Assembly (NCBI GenBank): GCA_013239625.1
Contig: MU054187.1
Coordinates: forward strand, 16,918,711-16,982,710
Direction: 5' to 3'
Source of the DNA: Lama guanicoe
Taxonomy: Eukaryota
DNA length: 64,000 nt
Shown piece after piece: positions 38,092 through 51,350 of this stretch. Numbering within the stretch: the first letter of the stretch is position 1; each line of letters begins with the position of its first letter. The notes beneath the pieces were generated by a model. It ran no database searches. It saw only the letters and a program-made list of their open reading frames with translations, and was not told where the DNA came from. A program made the translations under genes and the position numbers.

Positions 38092-40094
38092 CAATGATAT
38101 ATACAGAACTTAGAAAGGCTTTGGACTTTCCTATCACAGTCAATAGCCAATATTTCTATGATACCGTGTCTAATCTACCTAACTCTTTGAAGTCTTGTGT
38201 TTAGTTGCTAATATACTTACTGCTGACTGGAAAAAATGTGGTTTTGTTTGTTGGGAATTAGATCATGAATTTTATATTTTTGACCATTAAATAAAATACA
38301 TCAGTTTAAGAATACAAATACACAGTGAAGAAAAATTTAGTTGATAGGCAAAGAAGATGTAGAGTATCTATTTAAATACTAGAGTCAGAGAATTCATTTT
38401 GGCATCTGTGGATTAAACCAATAAGCAGATGATATTGCTACAATTACCACTTAAAATGTGATGAGAAACAGTGAAAATACTATAAAAATAAACTTTAAAC
38501 ACCAGTAGGAAATTCTAGCATGTCTATTATAATATTCTTGAAATATAATATTCTAGACAAAAACCTTAACAACAGATTAACCAGTCTTGGCCAGTGAACC
38601 AGATATGATGCAATTTAAGATGTTTTGAAACATAATGATGGAGAAGTTCTGCTTGCTTGAGATATTTCCAAACAATAATTATTATTACATGGACATACAT
38701 ACCACATACAACCACAATAATGTAAAAAAATTAGTAAAAAATAAAAAAAATTAGTCATGGAACTAAGGCCATTGTAGAAACTGAGGAATATGCATTTTAC
38801 CTTGACAATGGAAATAGAGCTCTATATATACTTACCTGACATTTAATAACTAAGATTCTATACTTTGAGAAAAATTCTGAATATTCACTTTCCTTAGATT
38901 TCTTTAATTTTGTTAAGAGGCAAAAGGGCATTCACAAATATGTTTTCAAAATAGAACATATATATTAATGAATTTGCTTGCTAAGTCCAAAAAGGATCTG
39001 GGAAAATCTGAAACTAAAACACTCTTTCCCCTCCCACCAAAAAATAAAGGACAACACAAGGAAAAGAACAAGGCAACAGCACAATAGTTACAGGAGGTAT
39101 CTAGCTATGAAAATCACTGCATATGTGCATCTGACATCAACAAATTAACTCTTAGCCTAGAATCCAGTGTGTCTGATGCTGGAATTTTCCATGAGAGAAG
39201 ACACTCAGGGCACACCTGTAATATTGAGATGGATGGAAGACTGTAAAAAAAGAAGGGGGACTCATCTCATTCCACCCTGCTGTCAAAATCTTTTGAAGTT
39301 GCAACGGGGATGCAACCTATTTTGGAAAAAAGGGTGATAACTTCACTGGCAAAAGGAGACTAGAGACAAATTGTAAAAAGCCAGATTGGTGGTGTCAGGT
39401 CATCAACCTTCATTATTTTAGAGAAAACAAGGAGGCAGGGCCCTATTTTCTTGAAGTCCAGGTTGAGCTGTGCTACGTTTATGACTTGACAAGGCTGAGT
39501 TTGTTTGCTTGTCTAAAAGCCTTTTCAGGAAAATTTGCTCTTATTCTCAAGTCATGCCCTTGAATAAATATACATCGCTCTGCCTAGATTTCTTTTCCTC
39601 CTAACAAATTAGTCAGGATTTTCTGGTCTAATGTCTTATTGTAAACAGCATTTTTTTTTTTTTTGAGAAACAAGAAGGAATTTGTGAAATCCCCCCATAG
39701 GAATGAATGAATGGATTAGTCGCTATTTGGGACAACTCCCTTGCACTTTGACCTTCCTGTGAGCATATAAGTTAGCTTCTTTGGTGAAGAAGAGACTTTT
39801 GGGAGAGCATGACTTCCTAAGGGACAGTTTTTATTTTTTTCCCTGATGCATCCGGAAGTCTAACTCTACTTTTAAGTTCAACTGTGTACTTCCAGACAAG
39901 CCACAGTACCACAACAACTCTGCCCATAGTTAAAGAGAACTTATACTAACATTTAAGAAATAAACAGGCACCAAAGGAAGAAAAGGAAAGAACAAGGTTG
40001 AACAAATGAAATAAAAATGCCAACTTGAAATTGCACTGCATTTTTAGCCTCAGATATACATCTGAATTTTAATTTATAGTATCTCAGCAGAAAA

Positions 40095-40236
40095 TGTATT
40101 AATTTTATAAATTATATAATATGTAATTTATATAATTATATATAATTTATATAATTATAATATGTATATTAATTATATAATTATATTATATATAAATTAT
40201 ATAATATGTAATTTATAAAATTATATTAATTAATTA
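40095..40236. repeat. AT-only low-complexity tandem array
   Basis: Repeated ttatataat/atgtaattt units. Confidence 0.9.
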
Positions 40237-40239
40237 TCA

Positions 40240-40370
40240 AAGACTTAGGTAGGCAGGATATCCCACCCATTTTTTTTTTTTAATTATGAAGAAACAAAAA
40301 TAGAGAAAGTCTGTGAACTAACCCCAGTCTAGTGGTGGATCTGAGACTGGAAGACTGATGTTTTCACAAA
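40240..40370 (-). mobile_element. MIR fragment
   Basis: aggtaggcaggatatcccacccattttt...atgaagaaac...ctagtggtggatctgagactgga. Confidence 0.5.
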
Positions 40371-41164
40371 CCTCAATAATCTTCTAATTAGGAGTCCCAT
40401 TAAATGAAATCTGAGTTTTATAAAAATGTCTTTACCAAAAGACTATATTTCTGCCTCATACGTCTTAGTATGTGTCTGAGAATTGAGGTTCTGTAGATAA
40501 GCAGCAAGAAGGTAAAGTGCAAAGCAATTCTTACCCTTAGGTGAGTATTTCAAACATGTTAGTCTGTGCTTGAGGTCAAAGTAAAATTTTGCTCATGTGA
40601 GAAATAAATTCCACTTAGGTAAATAGCAGTGTATTATTTTTTCTTATAATTAAGTGGCCTTGAGGAATCAAAATCGCTGAGTAGTATGATAAAGCACTTA
40701 TTATTAATGGAGACACCTTTACCCAGGGAAGTATTTGGGTTTTTTTCTGAAAGGAAAACCTCAATTGTGTCACATAGTCAATCTCTCCCTTCCATCCCCA
40801 TCTTTAGATATTAGACCATGTAAATTACACAGTAACACTCAAAGCTGAATTTGGCTGCACTCAGGAGAAATGTTTTACACTAGAGAATTACATGCCTGGA
40901 CTCAAATGTTCTTAGTTGGATTTGATTGCTGCAGATAAAGGAAGAGAGCATGCAATGGCTCATACAGGAAGTAGATAAAAGTTGAACAAATACACTCTTT
41001 TCAGTAATAATACAGGAGCTGTTCTTCAAGGATTTTTTACTAGATGTGATCGTAAACAACGTGTATGGTTAACTCCATATGAAATTCAGTTTGGTTTATA
41101 AAAAATATTTTAAATTAATATATTGAATGACTTACTTGTTTTTCTTTAAAAACAATAGAGTAAA

Positions 41165-41995
41165 AACTCCAATAGTAGAGTAGAATCTTATCCTGGACAA
41201 TGGACTCAGATACACCTGTGTTTGAATCCTGATAAGCTATCACCACTTTGAACCAATTACTTTATTTCTAAGACTCAGTATTGAAGTGGGAGGAAAGGGG
41301 GCAGGGCCCAACCAGTGAAGGAATGACACAGCAATTGAGGACAGGACAAACTGGGTAGAACCAAGATGGTGGAAGATTAGATTTCCAGCAGACGTTGAGC
41401 CTCATGGCACACCCATAGGTGCCATGACAGTTCCTAGGCTGACCATAAAAGGTCAAAAAGTGGGTGGGGGGCATTTTCTGGAAGTCCTTGCCCCTTCTCC
41501 AAAGTAGTCAGAATAATCCTCCTTCTCATTAGCATATGAAATTACTGAGCGCATAAAACCTAACAACTCCACACCTTGCGGTCGCTCCCTCTCTTGCCTT
41601 CTGAGATGGCTCACACTCTGCCTATGGAGTGCGTATCTGCTTTTAGTTTAAACTGAATACCTCTCCACCTCTCAGCTTCTCTCCCTCTCACCTTTCTGAG
41701 ATGGCCCACATTCTGCCTATGGAGTGTGTATCTCCTGAGCTGTTTTCCCTTCTGAGTGAGACAGACTGCACTCAGTCCGGGTAGTGTATATCTCTCTAAA
41801 TAAACTTGCTTTTGGTTTACCATGCCTTGCTCTTCAATTCTTTCCTGCAAGAGGCAAGAGCCTACTCTCCCACAACAGTATTTTCATCTGTAATTTGGAA
41901 ATAATAAAATCTTCTAACAGGGCTGCTATGAGAAAGTAGACAATTTTGTAGAAGGTATGCACAATGCCTGATATAGTCATGGTTCTCAATTATGC
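41165..41995 (+). mobile_element. MIR SINE split by an LTR
   Basis: acctgtgtttgaatcctg...ctcagt [LTR] ttttcatctgtaatttggaaataataa...cagggctgctatgag. Confidence 0.75.
41282..41877 (+). mobile_element. ERV1 solo LTR, MER41-like
   Basis: TG...CA termini, 4-bp TSD gtat (41278-41281 / 41878-41881); gccatgacagtt and gaataatcctccttctcattagcatat resemble the MER41 core; AATAAA at about 41799. Confidence 0.8.
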
Positions 41996-44900
41996 ATAGA
42001 CATTATCAAGCTAGAAATTTTTGTCAGATAAAAGATGCTACTTGTTTTCGAAAAACAAAATTTCCACCATTAACCTCTGCGTTGGGTTGTGAGGGATACA
42101 AGATTAACAAGATTAACGTATTTAGAGGACATTGCCCTTATTTATGTGTTGATAAATGGACATAAAGTAGCCTCTGGCAACCCCCAAATAAAGATTTTTT
42201 TGGATGCATTTCAACCGCATGTGGGTTACTGGCTGATACCAGCTCTCAAGAAAACACAAGCTTTTTCTCCAAAGCCCAGCAGCTTCATATTTGCAATATT
42301 ATTAATCTCTTTAGAGAAAAGAAAAATCTGGTTCTCTTAGAATCGTCTAGAGGTATTCCCTTTAAACTTGCAGTCTCTTCAAATTTAGTATTTTGCAAAC
42401 TATGTTAGGTATAGTCTTAACATATAACCCTTGTAAGAAGAAAGAGATTGATTAATTTGCTGCTGACAAGAGTTCACATCCTTTTTGTTTTTCTCAAAGG
42501 ATGCATCTGCTTCCTATTCTGAACATGGTTCTACTTACAATCTAATTGTGCTACCCTACCCTTCGCTTATTCTCTGAGTCTGAGCCTACATTTGAGGCCA
42601 GTGATCAGAGAGTTCAGGAAGAGAAGAACTGGAAATTGAAGGCTACACAAACACATTACTCTCGTTACATGCACCAGTAGAGCTGCTTTGTATTGTGTAA
42701 GCATGCAGTTCTATGCTTTAGGCTTGTCCTCACAATTTCCTGAGATAGGTCAGAATTATTGTCTCCATATTACGAGGTGTGATATTTGTCATCGAATGAT
42801 AAGTGGTTGAATGATTTAAAGGACTTTGGCTTCAAACTTAACTTTGCTTCTCTCATTGGGTCTTGGGCTATACAGTTAGAATATTTTGCTCAGATATATA
42901 AATGGAGAATTTGAAGAAAAGAAATCATCCAGCCTCTATTAAGTTTAACTACTAAAATATCATTGGGTAGTATTAAAATTAGTATTCATGAAACACTAAT
43001 ATTAAATTAGATACAATTTAAAGCAAATATTGTTTATGTAAAAGCTAAATTCAAATTATGATCCCCTCTTCTCCACACTGACTTCCTGGATTTAAGTTAT
43101 CTTTTCCCTAGAAAATCATCACAATGATATCAAATTTAATAATATGTATTATATATTCCATTATATATTGGAGGGAGCAGGTTTTGAGAGGTTGAGCTTT
43201 TCCATGCATCTGTGTATTTGAGCTTGATGCCTGTGGCTGAAGCCTTGAGTTTCTGTTTCTTTCTCTCTAGATATCAAATCTTTAATTAGGAACTTAACCT
43301 GATCACTTCTTCTGTTTAGCATAGGAAAACCTTATTGCAAAGTTTAGCATGAGAGACAAATCCTACCTCATAACAGATTCATCAACGCAAACATTACAGA
43401 GGGCAAAACTGTTCAGACCCATCTTGTCAAGTGCTCTCTTCCAAATGCTGATCTAATCTCTGATATTTCTAGAATCATTGGTAATATACCAACTATGCAA
43501 ACACTGAACATCTATTAAAATATGTACCTAACATGTCCTACAAGAATGTTATTGGAAACTTTCATATATCAGAAATACAGCCCCAATGCTGTAATTTTGT
43601 AACTGAACAGGGGGGTTTAGAGAGAGGATTTAACTCTATTGAGGGCACGTAGCTGATGAGCTGCAGGTTAGAATTTTAAATCTAGGACCTCTAACTTCAA
43701 GGCCAACGTTTATTCAGTTATGCTATATTTGACACTTATAATACTGTAAGATTTAATAGAAAAAAAAATTGTGTTTTCTTTATTCGTGTTGGTCCTTCCC
43801 CCTGCCCAGTGGTTAAAACCAATGATCTGTTATTTATTGAGCTCCCTCAAGAGAAGAGCCCATCCTTCTGCCCCTCTGCATACTCTCAACACCTAGTGCA
43901 GAGTTTTGCATGAGTAGGCATCCAATTAGAGTGGCCTCAGACAGACAGAGATCATTCTTTAAACCAAATACATGCCAAACCTCAGACCCCTGTCCACACA
44001 GGACATGTCTAATTTTCCCAGAAATAGAAATGCTCATTCAATCTACTGCAAGTTTCCAGTTTCTGTTCTATTTTAATGTGTTAGGTTTCTTTTTTTTTAA
44101 CTATCACACCAAGAAATTTTTTTGGCAAAATACACTGGGCTTCCTCTAAGGAAAATAGATACTAACCAGGAAAATTTTCCTGTGGTCCCTTTACAATATC
44201 GCATTTCTTCCTTTACATTTGGAAGTTGAATTAAGAAAATATTAATAGATAAATACATAAATAAGAAAATATTAACAAAGCCATAGTAAAACTTGTAGCA
44301 GCACTATGACTAATCAAGAATGTTTATTCTTTGTACTGTACAATTTTATACAGTGTGGTATTCTGTGTCCTGAAGTCTACACGGTGGAACATTAGAAGAT
44401 TAAAACTCACAATAACTTTTACAGAGAAAAGTCTAAGGGCAATAATTGACAAGGTAATCTTTACTTTTACAAAATATCTTCATGATAGAAATCCTCTAAA
44501 ATATTACTTTGGATTAATACTAATAAATCACTAAGAAGCCTTTAACACAGGTTAGTCTAACATTTACCCAAACGTATCATAGCTCCTGATAATTAGAAAA
44601 GAATTTAGTTCATGCACGAACTATTAGACGCACAGAAGTTCCATTTTGTTTGAGCAACAGTGGAAAATCTTACTGGTGGTGTGTGGAGATCAGATTATTT
44701 TTTTTCTGTAAATTCAGAAAAATGAGATATGTTCTTAAATGTAGCTCATTCACAATTATTTTCTTCTCATGGGTGTTGCCCATATTTTTAAAAATGATTG
44801 TATCTGTTTACCTGCATATATTCATATATATGCATATGCTAAGTTGATGACATCATCAAAGAAACCATAACACCCTACTCAAAAATACCAGAAATGTCTA

Positions 44901-45174
44901 TATTGGCAATAAGTAGGCTCCCTAAAATATGATCTCCATGGTCATGTAGTGTCTTTTGTTTATATTATGTTCCATTATATGAACTTTGCACTCTACTTTT
45001 AAGAAATCATTCACTTAGTAATTACCATTCACTTACAGCCTCCAATATTTCTGAATTTGTTACTGTCCCCACAATCTCTTTTCATTCATACTATGATTTT
45101 GTTACATAATTTTCAAAAATATATATTCATATTTATGTGAGCTATCCAAATAAAATTATTATATAAACTTAATT

Positions 45175-45400
45175 TTCATTCATACATTCATTCACTTATT
45201 TTGCTTTTCCCAACAAATACATATTGTCATTTGCTATGTGCCAGGTATAGTTTAAGACCCTAGAGAGGTAAGGCAGGAAACCAAACAGACAAAAAGGACC
45301 CGTTTCTAATGGAGCTTACATCGAACTGGAGACAGGCATAAAATAAAATTATCTATTTCCACTTGTGATGAATTTTGCAAGAGAAAAGTACATTGTACAG
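45175..45400 (-). mobile_element. L2 3' fragment
   Basis: cattcattcac...caacaaatac...tgctatgtgccaggtatagtttt...atggagcttacat. Confidence 0.75.
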
Positions 45401-45929
45401 CACTTAATTAATTACAGTACATCATTAATTAAGCATAAACACACCCCGTGGAAATTCTGCTGGAGATTTCCATGCTCCCATGTTTCATATGCATGGAATT
45501 TAATGGGAGGTGTTGGGGTGTATTTATGATCACTTCATAAACAAGACAAAAAAGTTTGTAAAAAAATAATGCTGCTTATTGAAGGTTAAAGTGTGTTAAT
45601 GACTTTTTAATTTCACAATTGTCAGTGACCAACTGCAACTCTTATGATGAGACCTGACATATTAAGGTTAATAGATATTTGCCATTGTTCTCTCTTTCAA
45701 TATTTATCTATAAATCACACACCACGAGAAAATTCTCTATGAATTTAACTGTGCTTTTAAAATACCCATCTTGTGCTGACAGTAAATTCTGCGAATGCAA
45801 AGTGCGGATCTGTTTGTCCACCTAGTGTGTCATACTTGGAAGATTGTATACCTTCAATTACTCTCTGGTGAATAAATAAATGAGTGAATAGATCATAAAA
45901 TGAAATGGGGGCTAACAGAGCAATAATGG

Positions 45930-48150
45930 GTATTTGTCTTTATCGTTAAATCTCAACATCAGTTACCTTTTATTGCATAATTCTTGTATGCCAGGCTTTG
46001 AACTTAGAGTGACTGTGTATATGTTATGGGATGCGTACAAATTTAAAATTTTGATCTCTTCATGGTGGATTATAAGTTATTGTGAAAAGTCCCTTTTTGT
46101 CTCTGTATTTCCTTCCTGTAAGTTTTCTTTTTCTAAAATTACTCTAAATGTTCTGCTCACCAGTGTTTACCATCTTTCCCATCTTGCCAATCAATCTGTA
46201 CCTTTATAATTAACATGTGTCTTTTATAAGCATCTCAGCCTTCAGTGTTATTTTATCTGTTATGACAATGTTGGCCTTTCATTTGGAGTATTTAATCCAT
46301 TTTCCATTTTGCATTTATATTTGCATTTATAACAGTCATCCTACTGTTTGTTTTCTATTTTCCTTGTCTATTTTATTCTCTTTCTTTTCTGGTTCCTTAT
46401 CTTTATTTGTATAACACCAGGTATTATAACATTTTGCTTTTTCCTCGATTAACATGTTAATTACATTTTTCTTTCTTATTATTGTAATGTTTACCCTAAA
46501 CATTAAAATATACATTTATGACTCGTTAAAGTTTGCAAATATTTTTTTTTTCCTGCTTGGCCGATAGTGCTAGTATCTCAGAATACTTTAACTCTACGTG
46601 CTTCCTTTCTATGTTTTGCATTACTGAGATCAGAAGGTTTTTGGGCTTCTGTTTTCTCATATATTTGAAACTCCAGGAGATGGTACCATTACTGCCTTGA
46701 ACAGTCAATGTTTGTTATGCCCCATAATGCAGTGCTTCCCTCTGAGATCATTGCTCTTTAGCCTAAAGAAGTTCCGTTAGTGTTTCTTTTAAAGAAAAAC
46801 TACTGGTGATTTCTCTTATCTCTGATTTGTCTGAACATGTCTTTATTTTGCTCTAATTTTAAAACTATTCCCTCTGGATATAGAATGCTATATTGGTGAT
46901 TATTGAATTCAGTACTTTAAAAATATCATTTTATTTTGGCTTCCATTGAGTTTGATGAGAGGGGAGCTCTCAGTCTTACTATTTCTCACTTCTCTTGGGC
47001 TTTATCTCCTTTTTGTCTTTGTGGTTCAGGAATTTGACTGGCGCCGGTATGATCCTTGTGTTCATCCTGCTTAGTTATGAGTATATATATCTTTCCTCAG
47101 TTTTGAAAATCTTAGACCAACTTTTCAAATACTCATTTTGCCTCGTTCTCTCTTTCCTCTCTTTCTGAGACATTGTCAACATGCATGCTAGACCAACTGA
47201 CTGAATCATTTATAGCTTTTATGCTCTCATGTTTATTTTTCATTTTTTCTCTCTGTTTTCAATGTATATATTTGTAATTGACCCATCTTCAAATCTAACA
47301 ATCTTGTCTTCCATTTTATTCTAATTGCTGTTAAACCCATATGTTGAGGTTTCAATTTCCTTAATTAGATTTTCAATTCTAGAATTCCTTTGGATTACTT
47401 GTATGAATTCTACTTATTTAGCAAAATTATACATCTTTTAAGTTTTTTTCTGTCTCATTACCTCTATTTTTTGAATATATGAATCATTATTTTAAAATCC
47501 TTTCAGATAAGCCCAATATCTTTATCTCTGTTTACTTTTCATCGTCTTTGGTGATTTGGTCTCTTTTCTTGTCTTTTTTATTGAATGGCAAGACTTATAA
47601 ACGAGTTATAATTTTCATTGAAATGGATATAGTTTGTTTAAAAGAAAGAGTTTAGGCTCCAAATGGTGCTAACTTCCTGCCAAGAGGAGCTGTCCTTTTC
47701 TGTAGTCGGCAGACAGATGTGGGAGTTACCAGCCTAATCAAATCAGGGATTATGTTGACTTGAAACTGGACTACAGTTTTGGTATGGCTCTCTCAGCCTT
47801 TGGTTTGCCCCATTTTTGAAGCAAGGCTCTCCACGGATTCCAGCTGAGAACCCACTGTTATCCTTATGGCCGCTCTGTCAGTGTGACATAAGCTTTAATG
47901 CTTATTTCTCAACATTTTGAGAATTGTCAGATAATCTGCTTTGCTTTTCAGAGGTTTTGGCTTGGGTTTTTTAACCTTCCACACCACAGAGTTTCAGAAT
48001 TAGGGCAACTGTTTTGATGGGGAATCGAGCTATTAACTTGAAATTCATCAAGTCTTGAGATTTGTTGCTTTTTGTTTTTTTTAAATTCTAAAATTGCCAA
48101 AGGCTTTGCTGTTTTCTCTGTCCCCACCAGCAGAAGCCCTCAACTTGAAT
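45930..48150 (-). mobile_element. Very old L1M (ORF1 to ORF2 start), antisense
   Basis: T-rich; ttgtctgaacatgtctttattttg, ctggatatagaatgcta, ttggcttccattg...gatgagag, ttttcaattctagaatt are typical antisense L1M ORF1 motifs. Confidence 0.7.
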
Positions 48151-49961
48151 TTTTGCTTTCTTGTCTGCAGGGACGGACAATCACTGCAATTTCAACATTT
48201 AGTTAACAAACCTTCACACAATTAAGTCCAAAAAGGAAGGAAAAAAATGCTTTTAATTTGTGAATTGATGAGTGGATTCCTATGGCTTGCAATTTGAAAA
48301 TCTGGAATAGTTAAAGACCAACATGTTTCAGCATATTGGAAAGCAGATCAGTATCTCCTCAAAACACTCATTTAAAAAGGTTGAAATATTGATAGAAAAA
48401 TATAGCTCTTCGTAAACTGTGTAATATAATTGTATAAACGTCAGAAACTCTATTAATCAGAGTTATTTCTTCAGTGTTATTGTCATTGAAGATATGAGAT
48501 CATGTGACAAACTTTCAAATACTCATGAATACTTAAGTGTAAATAATTAAAATTGTTTTGAATAAGGCATGTTGTCAGGCTTATGATAGTATGTCTTACA
48601 TGACTTGCAACAACATTGGTTTATCACTATCAATATTAAAGTCAGAAGTACTAAAAACTTTATGCAGAAATGATCATTTACACAAATTTATTTTTAATAG
48701 GGAGGACTTTTAATGTAGAATAAAAAAAACTCTAAGTATCAAAAAAATAATTCCTTTGTAGTATCGTGTCTATACAGTTTTAAAATTACTGAAAGTTTTC
48801 TGAAATATTTGTAAGCTCCATTATGGGTATAATTTAGAAATTCATACATTATTTACTGTGATTGAAGACTGAGATTACAGAAACACAAAGTTATGCTAGT
48901 ATCTTTCTCTAATACAGGGGGCAATTAAGTTAAACAATTATTTTCCTGATTTCTATTTATTTTCTTTTGTTTATAATTCCTGCATAATTGTAAAGTATAC
49001 CAGAAATGCATTTAAATGCTTCTAATTAAAACTAATAACTTTTTTAAAGTTAAAAATATAGGTATAATGATGAGTTTATCAAGATTGTTTCGAAGAAAGC
49101 ATGGGAATTATACCACATATTTCATGCTTTTAAATGAAAAAAAAAAGAAGAATTTCAATTAAATCAAGGAAGATTATTCCATCTTTTGTTAGGGCATCTT
49201 TTGGACCATATTAGAAAAATAAAACATAATGTTTAGTAGAAACAATCATATAATAAATAGTTCAGCCAATTCCTCTTCTAGAGCACAGCTATCGTTCAGT
49301 CTTCCTTATGTCTGGATGGAACCCTGCTTACACATGTCACGTGGGGACCCAGGCTTAAAAATTAATCACTATCTGTATGATTTTTCAAAAGGTTACATAC
49401 TTCTCTAAATCTTATGCCTCATGTATGGACTGAAGTGACATAACAAGGTAATTTCTAAACATTTAATCTCTGGGATATTACTGGGCTCTATGTCATTAAG
49501 GTAAGGGTTTTCATATGCTAATTGCATGTACAATCTCATTTGGAAATGACACAGTGTGTGTGTGCATATGAGCGTGTGTGTATGCCAACGCACAAAAATT
49601 ATGTAAATGTGCATCCTGAAAGATCAAGGGGGATAGAAATGAATTTCACCCTTTGAGAACTTCCAATAAATTATCCATATTTCCTCATTTTCACTTCTGC
49701 TTTGGACAGCGACATCTATGAAGGCTGATTAGACCTAATTTATTAATTATTAATCTTAAACTCACATCTCAAACTTTATCCACATGCGCTTCATCTTTTC
49801 CCACAACATACATTAAAGAGCCATCAGTTTTTAGAGTAATTTTGACTTAACTCTCCACATTGAGAAGTATGTCAAAATAGATTCCTGACAATATAATTGG
49901 GTAACTGTTTAATAACAAACATTTACCTCGAGTTTATATTCCCTATAATTGTAATAATATA

Positions 49962-50180
49962 CAGTTGGCCCTTGAACAACATGGGTCTTAGGGGCACTAA
50001 CCTTCCAGGCAATCAAAAATTCATAACTTATAATCGGTCCTTCTTATCCATGGTTTTGCATCTGGGGATTCAACCAATCACTGATCCTGTACGACCAGCA
50101 TTATACTATTTACTGCTGAAAAAAATCCACATACAAGTGGGCCCATGCAGTTGAAACCTGTGTTTTTCAAGTGTCAGCTG
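49962..50180. mobile_element. Tigger-derived MITE (MER8/Tigger2-type)
   Basis: TIRs cagttggcccttgaacaacatggg / cctgtgtttttcaagtgtcagctg with TA on both sides. Confidence 0.9.
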
Positions 50181-51109
50181 TACTTACTCATTCACTTTCT
50201 ACTTCAAAATTCACTAAAGCATGGCATTCCAAAGTGGAATGAAACGCCTTAAGAACTGCACACGTTAGGTGAATATGATAAGAACTGTTGTATAATTAAG
50301 TCAAGTGTGGTTTTCCTACTTTGTCCACTCACAGAACGAAAGAGTTTTATTAAAGAATAATAATATGAGTTTTATCTTTATCAGGCTACCCTCGAATGCT
50401 AGACCCTACCTACCCTTGGTCTGGGCACTTCTGTCTTCAGATGTAAGCAAAAGAAGTAAAATAAGGCTTTAGTATTATCTAGGCAACTGTCGTGTATACT
50501 TAAAGAGGCTAAAATTGAGTCAGGAGAGCAAGATTTTTTCAAGGCTAGGGGTCTAAATAGTCTTTCTGTTAAGCTAACTCTGCATCTAGAATTCACCACT
50601 CCAGTGAGAAAAAAACGCAACACCAGTATCACAGGAAATGGAAACAGAGAGAGAAAAGAACAGAATTAGGCTCTGCCCTTAGGCTTTTTGCCGATCTGGT
50701 CTCAGCTGCCTGCTGTGCGAATTTCCAGGCTGGGACTGTTGTTTTTCATCCCACTGTTGTGCTGAAGGAAGAAGGTACAAAAAGACAAAGTAATGAGTCT
50801 GACAAGTAAAAGTTGACAGAGGGTCCCCATTCTGACTAGACTAGTGGGAGAGAAAGATGGTTCATGATTCTTTGCACTGAGTTTTCACTCACTTGCAAAT
50901 TTACCTCCTATACAAAATGTGATCAGTTGGTTTCCTTGAACTTCAATAAACTTTATCCTTGGAAGCTGTTATTTCCTCCACTCAATCCTGATCATTTTCT
51001 GGACTTGAGTGGTGTTGGTGGCGAGTGGTGCATGTGGCAGGCAAGAAGAAAAGGGAGGAAGATGAGAAGTCTTGCACTGCTGGTGAAGAGTATTGATTGG
51101 CCATAAACA

Positions 51110-51350
51110 ACAACAACAACAAAAACAAAAAATAACAGAGCGGGCAAGGATGTGGAGAAATTGGAACCCTTGTGCACTGTTAGTGGGAATGTAAAATGGT
51201 GTAGTCACCATGGAGAATGGTATGGGGATTCCCCCTAAAATTAAAATTAGAATTACCATATGATCCAGCAATCTCATTTCTGGGCATTTATCCAAAATAA
51301 TTGAAAACTGGATTTTGAAGAGGTATTTGCTCTCCCATGTTTATGGCAGT
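51110..51350 (+). mobile_element. L1 ORF2 C-terminal fragment
   Basis: ggcaaggatgtggagaaattggaacccttgtgcactgttagtgggaatgtaaaatggt...accatatgatccagcaat. Confidence 0.9.

Noticed and set aside
42575..42660. QRVQEEKNWKLKATQ as a further pseudogene exon (also weak candidates at about 30180-30310 and 34900-34996)
   Set aside because: Too short or degraded, with incomplete splice signals; could be real but unsupported.
44167..44182. Perfect 16-bp palindrome caggaaaattttcctg
   Set aside because: About one such palindrome is expected by chance in 64 kb of AT-rich DNA.
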